64,000 nucleotides of DNA from the IMG/VR virus record IMGVR_UViG_3300027736_000041, positions 1-64,000 of that record; one strand, written 5' to 3'. Below the pieces are notes generated by a model. The model saw nothing but the letters and a program-made list of their open reading frames with translations, was not told the origin of the DNA and ran no database searches. This document shows, piece after piece, positions 48,029 through 57,643 of the stretch. The stretch comes from a virus. Positions within the stretch are counted from its first letter, which is position 1. Every line of letters begins with the position of its first letter. Position numbers and translations under genes: made by a program.

Positions 48029-49584
48029 GAATTATAGAAATCAATCAGAATAAACAAGGTGGAGTATTCCAACAAATAATTGTGGGCGGATTTGATTTGA
48101 CGCAATTTGTATTGGGAGGAACAGTGCGGAGATCAATTGGCAATCCCGCCGGAGAATTTGAATTGAAATTGCGTCCTTTGGTAGACAAGAACGGAGCAAT
48201 ACTAGATATTCCGATTTTGCCAAATGATTATTGTGAAATACGTGTGGACAGGCAATATATTCCAAATGGACCCAGAGCAGGAATTAAATTGCTGATGCGA
48301 GGATTAGTGGATTCAGTCAAGTTGACGGAAGCAGCAGATCAAGGGCCACAAGGAGTTGTCAGTCGCGCAGTGTCTATTGGCGGATCAGATTTGGGAAAAA
48401 TATTTCAGCGTAAACAAATTCAGTTGCCTCCAGATGGCATTACCGATGAATTCAATACTTCATTTTTAGATTATGTGACAACATTATTAGGACAAGACGC
48501 AGGTGGATTTGAATTTGACATGCCCATGGAGGTATGGATAGATTTTTTCTTGACGAAAATTTATTCCGACGATAAAATTGCATTAGGATCAAAAAGATTA
48601 AATGACAATGCATTATGGATCAAATCAGAATTTAATCTTCCAAAAACACCGCAAGGAAAAACTCGTTTGAGAGTTATGAAAGCGCCGATTTTGAATAATT
48701 TTCAAGGAAGCTTGTGGGATTTTATAACGTTCTATTGCAGCAAGCCCTTTTTAGAGATTTTCTTGAATGATGAAGAGGACTACACGGTGTTGACGTGTCG
48801 ATGGGTTCCATGGCTGAATGCATTGGATCAGGTTCCTTTGCAACATTCTTTCACAGAGCAAGGCAGTTTTCCATGGTTTGACGAATCCAAGGTTGATATG
48901 TTGTATTTAAAAAATTATGATATTGTTACTGAAAAACAATTAACAAGAAATGATTTTGATAGGTACACGTATTTTTTGACAAAACCATATCAATCATGGT
49001 TTTCACAAGGATCGGGTGGATTAACCGAAGGAGCGTTGTTTGCAGATACACAGCCAACTCTTGATCCAGATGGAAAGATTAGTACATGGCGAAATCCGTA
49101 TTATGATATGGCAGGTCAAGATCAATTTGGATACAAGCCCATGGTAGTAAAAATGCCTTTTTATGGGCAAGTAGGACAAGGATCAAATGAAGTATCGTTT
49201 GAATTGCAATTCATTGCTAAGGATTGCAACAAATGGCTTGTCGATATTTTTACATTTACCGATTTGTTGTATACAGGATCAATTACAATAATTGGAACTC
49301 CAGACGTAAAATTAGGACAATGGATCAAAATTGGAGACGACAATGATCCCCGTCAACTTACAGGATACGTCCAAAGTATCGAACATTCATGGGTAGTGTC
49401 TCCTGCGCCGCAATTCTTGACCAGATTGGGATTGACACGTATTTCAAACGTCGATGGACAATTAAACAGGGACAGACTCAAGGGCGAATACATGCAGCAC
49501 GTAGATGGAGTTAATCGCCCGCAAAGCATCAGTGGTTATGCGTTAGCGGGACTTCAATCTAGGCCTGATCCTAATACACTTTAA
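48025..49584 (+). CDS. baseplate hub protein
   Basis: Follows the tape measure; LMRGLVD, GSLWDF...KPFLEIF, YTGSITIIG..VKLG, YVQSIEHSW...TRLGLTR. Confidence 0.8.
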   Translation: MRIIEINQNKQGGVFQQIIVGGFDLTQFVLGGTVRRSIGNPAGEFELKLRPLVDKNGAILDIPILPNDYCEIRVDRQYIPNGPRAGIKLLMRGLVDSVKLTEAADQGPQGVVSRAVSIGGSDLGKIFQRKQIQLPPDGITDEFNTSFLDYVTTLLGQDAGGFEFDMPMEVWIDFFLTKIYSDDKIALGSKRLNDNALWIKSEFNLPKTPQGKTRLRVMKAPILNNFQGSLWDFITFYCSKPFLEIFLNDEEDYTVLTCRWVPWLNALDQVPLQHSFTEQGSFPWFDESKVDMLYLKNYDIVTEKQLTRNDFDRYTYFLTKPYQSWFSQGSGGLTEGALFADTQPTLDPDGKISTWRNPYYDMAGQDQFGYKPMVVKMPFYGQVGQGSNEVSFELQFIAKDCNKWLVDIFTFTDLLYTGSITIIGTPDVKLGQWIKIGDDNDPRQLTGYVQSIEHSWVVSPAPQFLTRLGLTRISNVDGQLNRDRLKGEYMQHVDGVNRPQSISGYALAGLQSRPDPNTL

Positions 49585-49596
49585 AAAGGAAGAAAA

Positions 49597-50457
49597 ATGG
49601 GAACATATCCAACAACCATGAGGGGTTCTGCCGCAATGGCGGATGTGCGAAATGGCGTGGAAAGCGCGTATGGCACATCTCGTGGGCCGATGCTTGGTCG
49701 TGTGTTGGGCATCAACTGGGCCAAGAGGACGTTGAAGTGTGTTGGCATGCACATGGACGAGGGGTCAGGACCATGGATCGACGTGCCAATTGCATCGAGT
49801 GTATTTACGCAATCGGAAGCATCTCATTGGATTCCCAGTGTTGCTCCACCAGTGGATACGTCGTTTTCCGGATTGTCGGCTTTGGACGGAGTTGATGATG
49901 CCATTGCGATTATTGTATTTGCCAACAATAATCCAATATTTCCTATTTGTGTCGGTTTTCTTCCGCCCCTTTATCATGAATTTTCATTTGATGAGCCGGG
50001 AACAAAAATAGATCGTCATGCTAGTGATGTGTATAGCAGGATGACAAGCAATGGAACGTATGAATTTGCGTTCCCTGATGGAACGTATTTCAAGGTAGCT
50101 CCCATTACGGAAAACATAGGGTTGACGGATTTATCCAGTGGCAATGTTCATGAAAGTCGTCCATGGACCATTGTCAAGGACGATCCACGGTTTGTGACCA
50201 TGATGCATTCCAGTGGCGCATCGGTTGTGATTGATCCTTTTGGAAATATGTCGGTATCTACTCCAACAAATTTAAACGTCAATGCGGTTGGATCAACCAC
50301 AATTCAAAGCACAGGATCACTTACAATAAATACATCTTCTACTATAAGTATTAATAGTTCTGGTGGAAATATCACGGTAAATGGAGTAAATCTTGTTACT
50401 CATAATCATGTGGTATCTGTAAATGGCTCGAATCAATCAACAAGTGGACCACAATAG
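49597..50457 (+). CDS. baseplate central spike (gpV/gp5-like)
   Basis: OB-like N-terminus, beta-helical C-terminus, metal-binding THNH tip motif. Confidence 0.8.
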   Translation: MGTYPTTMRGSAAMADVRNGVESAYGTSRGPMLGRVLGINWAKRTLKCVGMHMDEGSGPWIDVPIASSVFTQSEASHWIPSVAPPVDTSFSGLSALDGVDDAIAIIVFANNNPIFPICVGFLPPLYHEFSFDEPGTKIDRHASDVYSRMTSNGTYEFAFPDGTYFKVAPITENIGLTDLSSGNVHESRPWTIVKDDPRFVTMMHSSGASVVIDPFGNMSVSTPTNLNVNAVGSTTIQSTGSLTINTSSTISINSSGGNITVNGVNLVTHNHVVSVNGSNQSTSGPQ

Positions 50458-50472
50458 TCCGGGGAGTCTTTC

Positions 50473-51642
50473 ATGGACATAAACAACAGCATGTTTTCGC
50501 TGAGACTAAATGAAGAAGGCGAAAACTATTCCGAATACGTATTTTATGTGTTGCCTGAACAAGTTGATATTTCAACTCCGGCTCGTCTTGCGCTGTATCA
50601 ATCGATTAATGGGCAGACTCATGCAGATCACATGGGTGATGGAACCACCACGATCAATTTGCAAGGAGTTACTGGATGGAGGCTAGGAGGATTGATGAAT
50701 AGTGGGTTTGCCTATGCGTCGTATGTGCTTTTAAGGGAAATGATTTTTCGATATTACAAAAAATGCAAAGAAGGTGAGTCAAAATCAACTTCGTTAAAGT
50801 TAACCATTTCCTTCCCTGATGCTCCTGATTACGGACAATGGGATGTGGCCATTAGGGAATTGACATTGCGCAGAAGTGCAAGCGCTCCGTTGATGTTTAA
50901 TTATCAATTATCAATGGTTTGTTTGAGCGGAAATTATTTATCAAACAACGCAAACGAAAAATATCCAAATCAGGAACAAGTTATGAAAGATTTGAAATCA
51001 AATCTTATCCCAGATTCAGTAAGGCATATATTTCCGGTCAGAAAACAAATGTCGTCTGCAATTAAAGAGGCAATGCCGGGAGGATCAATTCCAATAAATG
51101 TTGACCTTACAGAGATGATAAAAGTAGCAGAAGCAAGATTTTCAGATACTACGTGGACATTAGGTGGCTCTAGTATTGTGACACAAACAGAACAAGAACG
51201 ATTATCTGGATCAGGGACAATACAGAAATACTGGAGTTTGCGTCAACTTGCAGGAGTAATATTTGGCACTAGCACCACTACTCCGGAACAATACGCAGCA
51301 TGGATGCAAAATCCCGATGGCAAAACTATGGCTGCACCACTTGCAGATAATGATCCGCGATTATTATTTTTGGCCAGAGAAAATCCTACTATTTCTCTTA
51401 ATGGTATACCGTCAAAATCTATTGTAAAAAGAGCAGTATTGGGTACTGGAGATTCCATTCTTACAAGTGTTCAAGAAAATGCCACTATTACCGTTCCAAC
51501 AATTAGTTTTGACAATAATTATAAATTAAACGAGACAGTTATGGTCAAAGGCGTTAAAACAAAACGATTTAATAGGTATGGATCTACTTTTGCAGATGAA
51601 TTGGCACGCACATACACCGGTCAGGGCCGCGGTGGCGAATAA
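50473..51642 (+). CDS. baseplate / tail-tube initiator protein (putative)
   Basis: PEQ...R...QSING...G...INLQGVTGW...RRSASAPLMFNYQL; baseplate-cluster position. Confidence 0.6.
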   Translation: MDINNSMFSLRLNEEGENYSEYVFYVLPEQVDISTPARLALYQSINGQTHADHMGDGTTTINLQGVTGWRLGGLMNSGFAYASYVLLREMIFRYYKKCKEGESKSTSLKLTISFPDAPDYGQWDVAIRELTLRRSASAPLMFNYQLSMVCLSGNYLSNNANEKYPNQEQVMKDLKSNLIPDSVRHIFPVRKQMSSAIKEAMPGGSIPINVDLTEMIKVAEARFSDTTWTLGGSSIVTQTEQERLSGSGTIQKYWSLRQLAGVIFGTSTTTPEQYAAWMQNPDGKTMAAPLADNDPRLLFLARENPTISLNGIPSKSIVKRAVLGTGDSILTSVQENATITVPTISFDNNYKLNETVMVKGVKTKRFNRYGSTFADELARTYTGQGRGGE

Positions 51643-51653
51643 GGAGGCAACAC

Positions 51654-52202
51654 ATGTCTATTCAAGTTGCTTTTGGTAGCACATTAAATGAAAATAACAA
51701 TGAAATTGAAACAATAAATTCTGAAACAATGACCGCAAAACGACATAGATTGTTGCCAGAAATTAAAACATTATTTAAATTGTATCCTTCTTTAGAATAT
51801 GTGTCATTTTTTTTGCAACAATCGTATGAAACAATGCCGGAACATACTCCAGAAGCAAGGGTGATATGCGCTCAAATATCAGAGGCAATAGCAAAATGCA
51901 TTTCAGGATTGATGTATGAAATTCCCATTTTAAATGTTGAAACAGAATTATTTTTGGCAAAAGTAAAAATTTTTGCCACTGACACAGAAGCAAACATGAT
52001 GAGATTTAAAAATGCCATTTTGTTTGATAATGTGGCATCTGGAGGGACGGCAATTCAATTGACACCTGCTGGTCTGCAAGCACTAAAAGAACTTCAACAA
52101 TGGAAATTAGCAGATAATATCATACACAACGATAATTCAAGTGCAGATTTTAACATTAATAATAAATTAAAAGAATTACTTGTAAATGTAATATTTGTAT
52201 AA
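51654..52202 (+). CDS. hypothetical baseplate-region protein
   Basis: AAGGAGG RBS. Confidence 0.7.
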   Translation: MSIQVAFGSTLNENNNEIETINSETMTAKRHRLLPEIKTLFKLYPSLEYVSFFLQQSYETMPEHTPEARVICAQISEAIAKCISGLMYEIPILNVETELFLAKVKIFATDTEANMMRFKNAILFDNVASGGTAIQLTPAGLQALKELQQWKLADNIIHNDNSSADFNINNKLKELLVNVIFV

Positions 52203-52216
52203 AATAAGGAAAAAAA

Positions 52217-53596
52217 ATGTCAACATATAAAAATTATGTAGTCAAACAAAGTGATACGTTAGAAACAATAGCGCAACGACAATTAGGAGATACATCTGCG
52301 TGGCCGTCACTTATTCCGCTTAATAAATTAAGATACCCTTATATTTCTGACGACATAAGAGATCAATATGGAACACCTCATGCAGAATTAATGCTTCCGG
52401 CATCAGTTGATGCCGGTGATATTTCCATTAATTTAAAAACGTATGTTGATTCAGGAATGTTGCCAGAATCGTTATTAACTAGTAAATCAATATTTTTTGT
52501 CAGAAGATACGATGGAAACGGAGATTATGTTCATGATGCTTTGACAATTGATACGTATTATCCATCGGCGTATGCAATTAAAAAGCCAGATAATACGTAT
52601 CAATCAGTTGCTGCAGGAACTGTGGTGTTTGATGCATTGACATTAGAAAATCCTACAACATTGGCACTGCAATATGTGTCTACAATTAACGGAGGATCAT
52701 TGCCTGCTAGAACATATTATGTGAAATATACATACATCACACATAATGGCGAAACAATGACATCACCGGACAACATTGATTCAGACAGTGGAGCAAGAAT
52801 TGGAATAGCAATACCTCAAAATGAATTAATGTCTATGTCTTCTCCAATTATTTGGCCAGATAACGTCATTGGCGTGAATGTGTATGTCGGAACAAATCCT
52901 GAATTATTGTACAAACAACAAAATGGATTATTTGCAACAACATTTACTGCAAAAAATCAAACATATGTTGAGCCAACAAATGGAATTACGCTAAACACAC
53001 AAAAAGCGCCTGTATCAAATACCGCAAAAATTGGATTTTTACATTCATACGAAATCGGAATTATTTTTAGCATTCATAGCGATCCCAACACATTTGACAC
53101 GCAAGTATTAAAAACAGGAGACATCATTCATCTTGAAACAAGTCAGGAACAAACATCTAGATTAATAATTAATAAACATGTAAACACTCAAGCAATAAAC
53201 ACATTTGGAACAGATATAAAAATAAATGAATTAGGATTTTTGACGTTTGATAGTCAAGAGTATCCCGGAGATACGACAACAGTAACTGGATTGAGCAACG
53301 TGCGGCAGGCAATTAGAAGCAGGTTGCTCACAAAATATGGGGCTTTGACAACAAGACCTACATTTGGAAATACTGCGCTCACCTTACTTGGAGAACGATA
53401 TCGCGTAGGATTTTTACTGAAAGTACGTGGAGAATTGCAAAAAACAATTCTTAGCGAACAAAGAATACAATCGGTAGACAATATCGTATTGAACTATGAC
53501 GCAACAACAGGAGCATGTACTGTTACAAATTTATCGGCAACGGTTGCTGAAAACGGCGTTCAATTAAATTTTAATCCAATTGTCTTGCCGATCTAA
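52217..53596 (+). CDS. LysM + gp25-like baseplate wedge protein
   Basis: N-terminal YVVKQSDTLETIAQRQLGD...N.LRYPYI (LysM); C-terminal FGTDI...GLSNVRQAIRSRLLT.YG...P.FG...EQRIQSV (gp25/gpW). Confidence 0.82.
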   Translation: MSTYKNYVVKQSDTLETIAQRQLGDTSAWPSLIPLNKLRYPYISDDIRDQYGTPHAELMLPASVDAGDISINLKTYVDSGMLPESLLTSKSIFFVRRYDGNGDYVHDALTIDTYYPSAYAIKKPDNTYQSVAAGTVVFDALTLENPTTLALQYVSTINGGSLPARTYYVKYTYITHNGETMTSPDNIDSDSGARIGIAIPQNELMSMSSPIIWPDNVIGVNVYVGTNPELLYKQQNGLFATTFTAKNQTYVEPTNGITLNTQKAPVSNTAKIGFLHSYEIGIIFSIHSDPNTFDTQVLKTGDIIHLETSQEQTSRLIINKHVNTQAINTFGTDIKINELGFLTFDSQEYPGDTTTVTGLSNVRQAIRSRLLTKYGALTTRPTFGNTALTLLGERYRVGFLLKVRGELQKTILSEQRIQSVDNIVLNYDATTGACTVTNLSATVAENGVQLNFNPIVLPI

Positions 53597-53638
53597 AGCC
53601 AGCAAGTCAATAACGAAGAATTTTGGTAAAATGAAAAT

Positions 53639-56170
53639 ATGGCAATGACAATGGCAAATGATGGAATATTCAAACTAAGGAAACAAGAAGACCTTGTTGC
53701 CTCAATGGTTAACTACATGGCGTCACATACCACAAGAATTAATGACTTTAATCAAGGAAGCATAGTGCGGTCATTAATCGAAGCGGTATCACAAGAAATT
53801 TTTAGACAAAATGTCAGTTTTGCTCAAGGCATAACAGATAGTGTGCGCACGTCTATCAAGCAAGCGTTTGGACTTCCCCTACTTGACGCAGTACGTGCGT
53901 ATGGACAATTCACATTTTATCGCAAAATGCTGGATGCGCCATCAAACGTGGCAGTGACGTATGCCGCTGTTAATGGAAACAGGTTGGTCAGAGCAACGTT
54001 TTCAGGCAAAACGTCAAGCGGTACAAGCGGATTAAGTGCGGGAACTTATTATTACAGTATTACTCCAGTGTTCTCCACAGGAGAGCAACTCGGCAGCGAT
54101 CCTGTGAGTGGAAAAATGATTCTTGTGAGTCCGCAAACGATAACACTCACATGGGTGGCTGTGACTAATGCAACGGGATACAAGATATACAGAGCCGACA
54201 ACGCATACATGATGAATGCAGTTTCTGTATCCATTGGCAGTGGAGCGACAGTAACATTTACTGATTCGGGTTCCAATTTTACAACGTATCGTATTTGGCC
54301 GGGAACTGAGTACACATGGGGCGTAACAGCGAGAAATCTGACCAATAGTGCAGCAGCAGAGACACTTGGCGGATATGTACGCTCGACTCCCACATTAAAC
54401 ACCGCATATATTACGTGGTCACCATCAGTATCTGGAGATACAGCATCGAGACCTTTGGCCTATAAGATTTATCGCAGCGTAATTAATTATTCACTGACTA
54501 TTCCATCTGGGGCAACTGTTGTGCAAACCAGCAATAGTGCTAGCACTGGACTTACTATAGAAACAACATATTATTACAGCATTTCTTGTTTGACAAATAG
54601 CGGCGAAAGTCTAGGATCAATTCCAGTGTCTGTCACGGCTGCATCCACCCTGCGTAGCGCGACAATTGGCTGGGACTCAATGACCAATAATATTGGATTT
54701 AGGATTTATCGTGCTACAAATAGTGCCATGACCGCGAATCTCGTCTATAAAGACATAATTGACCCGACGACAGTTTCATTTGTCGATACAAATTTGACAA
54801 TTGTTAATGTTGCAAATAGATGGACCGAATCATTCTATATTGGAGAAGTATCCAGTCAGACACAAGTAGGCACACAATTTGTGTGGCAAGCAGTTGATTC
54901 GGGCATTGGCGGTGCTTCATCTGATCAGGGAACTGGAGGCACTATTGGGACGTGGCCGAGACTTGCGACTGCTTTTGGAGTGCAGGGAGATATTTCAATT
55001 GGTGCCGGAACAAGAGTAGGAGTGTTCGGAACGTCTCGGACGTATGAGGTTCCGTATCAACAGGTATTGCCTGAAGCGTCAAACGAGGCAACAACGACAA
55101 TTATTTCAACCTCATATGGAACAGTTGGAAATACTCCTGCAAATACCATACAAAATTTATTGACAACGATTTATGGAATTTCTTCTGGAAATAATCCTCA
55201 AGCAATTGTTAATGGAGCAGAAATAGAAACTGAAGAAGAGTGGAGAATTCGATTTGGAAAAATCATTCGCGATTTGGCACGAGGAACCGCATACTCAATT
55301 GGTGCGGGAGCGCAAACAGTTCGATTATATGATGGCAATGGATTTATTGTTGAACAAGTGACAAAAGCCATTCCAATAGAAACATCGGCGCAAGTTGTTA
55401 CACTATATATTCATAACGGCACATCAACTGGAAGCAGTCAAACATTAATTGACAAAACACAGAACACTATTGATGGGTATGTAGACGAACAGGGAAACAA
55501 ATATCCGGGATATAAGCCTGCAGGAATTCCCGTCACTGTTGCAGGGGCAACTACGCAAACACAAGATGTGTATGTTTATGCAACTACATTGTCGGGATAT
55601 TCATTGTTAATTGTTAGAACATCTATTAAATACGCTATTGCAAATTATTTTGACTCATTAGATATTAGCGACGGATTTCAAGTTCCAGCAATTCAAACGG
55701 TATCGGCTAACGCCCCCACTGGAAACGTCTATTATCAATATCAAATTGTTGCAACTGACTCAAATGGAAACAAATCAATTCCTTCTGCTCCATATTCAAT
55801 TACCAATGGAGCAGCAATTGCCAATAATACTATAACTTGGACAAGAAATACCACTGGCCCAACAATTGTTTCGTATGATATATTGCGATGGGACGAAGCA
55901 GCTTCTTCATGGGGATATTTGGAGACTGTCAAATATTCTGGGTCAAATTCCATGAGTTACATAGACACAAAAAGTTCGACATTGTATTATACGTTTACGT
56001 CGCCAATTACAAAAGCATTTAACAAATCGTCTCTTATTCAGGCAATCATGGCCACACCGGGAATGGCGTCCGTAAAAATAAATGTCTTTGATTCAAATAA
56101 CGCAGATCAAGAAATTATTGTTCCATTAACAGGAAAAATTCTTGTTTGTGGATCAATTATATTGAGATAA
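53639..56170 (+). CDS. baseplate J-like wedge protein with FN3-like insertions
   Basis: INDFNQGSIVRSLIEAVSQE, GTVGN.PANTI, NGAEIETEEEWRIRF, LARGT, GYKPAGI; repeated YYYSI...TW..V..A.GYKIYR units. Confidence 0.88.
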   Translation: MAMTMANDGIFKLRKQEDLVASMVNYMASHTTRINDFNQGSIVRSLIEAVSQEIFRQNVSFAQGITDSVRTSIKQAFGLPLLDAVRAYGQFTFYRKMLDAPSNVAVTYAAVNGNRLVRATFSGKTSSGTSGLSAGTYYYSITPVFSTGEQLGSDPVSGKMILVSPQTITLTWVAVTNATGYKIYRADNAYMMNAVSVSIGSGATVTFTDSGSNFTTYRIWPGTEYTWGVTARNLTNSAAAETLGGYVRSTPTLNTAYITWSPSVSGDTASRPLAYKIYRSVINYSLTIPSGATVVQTSNSASTGLTIETTYYYSISCLTNSGESLGSIPVSVTAASTLRSATIGWDSMTNNIGFRIYRATNSAMTANLVYKDIIDPTTVSFVDTNLTIVNVANRWTESFYIGEVSSQTQVGTQFVWQAVDSGIGGASSDQGTGGTIGTWPRLATAFGVQGDISIGAGTRVGVFGTSRTYEVPYQQVLPEASNEATTTIISTSYGTVGNTPANTIQNLLTTIYGISSGNNPQAIVNGAEIETEEEWRIRFGKIIRDLARGTAYSIGAGAQTVRLYDGNGFIVEQVTKAIPIETSAQVVTLYIHNGTSTGSSQTLIDKTQNTIDGYVDEQGNKYPGYKPAGIPVTVAGATTQTQDVYVYATTLSGYSLLIVRTSIKYAIANYFDSLDISDGFQVPAIQTVSANAPTGNVYYQYQIVATDSNGNKSIPSAPYSITNGAAIANNTITWTRNTTGPTIVSYDILRWDEAASSWGYLETVKYSGSNSMSYIDTKSSTLYYTFTSPITKAFNKSSLIQAIMATPGMASVKINVFDSNNADQEIIVPLTGKILVCGSIILR

Positions 56171-56182
56171 AAGGGGTGTGCC

Positions 56183-57628
56183 TTGAATACGATTACGGCA
56201 CTTCCGCCAAACACTAGCATATTGCAAAGATTATTGGATCAAATGCCAGATTCTTTTAATAAAGAACCTCTGGAGACTTCTGCAATAGTTTTTTACATTG
56301 ATAGTTCAAAATGGAATGAAGCATTATCTGTTTCAATAATGATTTCCGATGGGAAATTATACGTATACTCTACAATTACCGATATTTTTTCTGAAATTAT
56401 AGAATTAAAACAACACACCATATTGTCGTTATGTACATATTTTATGGTCAAATATGACAACAAGGGCATTATGGCATATCCTTATGGAGAATTGCCAACG
56501 TCTGATCGCTCATTAATCTCCACAAGTCTTATTGAAGGTGTTGCGGAACTTACAAATAGCGTCACCATATGGCCCAAATTCAATAGTGTTAATTATGCAT
56601 TCCTAATGCCTTTTGCTACGGCGCTTGCTGATTCACGACAAAATATGGAGTATTCATTGCGTCAGACTGATCAGCGACTGGCAGGTGGACAATGGGCTGA
56701 TTTCTGGGGACATCTTCTTAATGTTGATCGATTAACTTCAGAAATTTTGGATGATATTGCGTACAGAAATCGCGTGCAAAGGCAAGTTGTTTATCCCAAA
56801 GTAAACAACGTAGCACTATCGTCATTGTTAAGTGGCTCGTTGTCAACAGACATTAACGTTCTGGACGGTGGATCGCCATTGGGACTTGCCAATTTGTCAG
56901 CAGACAAGGGGTTTGCCAGTACCGCATCGGCGATAAGCGCGGCATCGACAATTAGTCAGGGTTCAACCTCACTGGTGATTTCGGCTTCATCAGTAACAGG
57001 AACTCTTAAAACAGGACAAGTCATTGTTGCAACAGGCATTCCGACAGGAACTGTTCTGTTGACCGTTGGATCAAATGTGTCGGGCAATATTACTTGTCTT
57101 ATTAGTCAGCCAGCATTGACAACACAATCAAATATCGCAGCGTCATTTTATGCACAGTCATATCCAATTACATTGCCAATTGTAGGAAATGCGTTTGGAT
57201 ACGGAACCGTTGCAAATAATTCCAATCAATTGGTTATTGGAACATCCCCTTCTGTGCCGCAAGGATATTTCCGTTCGCTTGGCGCATCAGTGTTAAAAAT
57301 ATCAGGCACAAATATTCCTGACAATACAACAATTACAGTAAATGCAGGAAATAACGCAGAAGGCAAAAATGGCACGTATGTCTTGAGCCAGACAATTTCC
57401 CCTCAAGTATCATCAACCCTTATAAAGGCCGTCGCGAATGGGTATACTATCGATGATCCGAATTTGGCATTTACATTAGGACCAAGTACAGGAGCAGGAT
57501 CATTCGTGGTGTATGTCAATACACCTGATGGATCGTACACATTAACGCAACAAGAATATTCTCTTTTATACTCGTTAATAAATCAATGGAAACCAGCAGG
57601 AATATCATTTACTGTTCAAGTACAGTAG
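56183..57628 (+). CDS. baseplate wedge subunit (gpI-like)
   Basis: AGGQWADFWG.LLNVDR...E..DD.AYR.R and C-terminal INQWKPAGI. Confidence 0.75.
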   Translation: MNTITALPPNTSILQRLLDQMPDSFNKEPLETSAIVFYIDSSKWNEALSVSIMISDGKLYVYSTITDIFSEIIELKQHTILSLCTYFMVKYDNKGIMAYPYGELPTSDRSLISTSLIEGVAELTNSVTIWPKFNSVNYAFLMPFATALADSRQNMEYSLRQTDQRLAGGQWADFWGHLLNVDRLTSEILDDIAYRNRVQRQVVYPKVNNVALSSLLSGSLSTDINVLDGGSPLGLANLSADKGFASTASAISAASTISQGSTSLVISASSVTGTLKTGQVIVATGIPTGTVLLTVGSNVSGNITCLISQPALTTQSNIAASFYAQSYPITLPIVGNAFGYGTVANNSNQLVIGTSPSVPQGYFRSLGASVLKISGTNIPDNTTITVNAGNNAEGKNGTYVLSQTISPQVSSTLIKAVANGYTIDDPNLAFTLGPSTGAGSFVVYVNTPDGSYTLTQQEYSLLYSLINQWKPAGISFTVQVQ

Positions 57629-57643
57629 TAATGGAGCAAGAGA

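Noticed and set aside
38540-57628. Headless contractile injection system (eCIS/tailocin)
   Set aside because: Protease, scaffold, capsid, tRNAs and dNMP kinase indicate a real phage.
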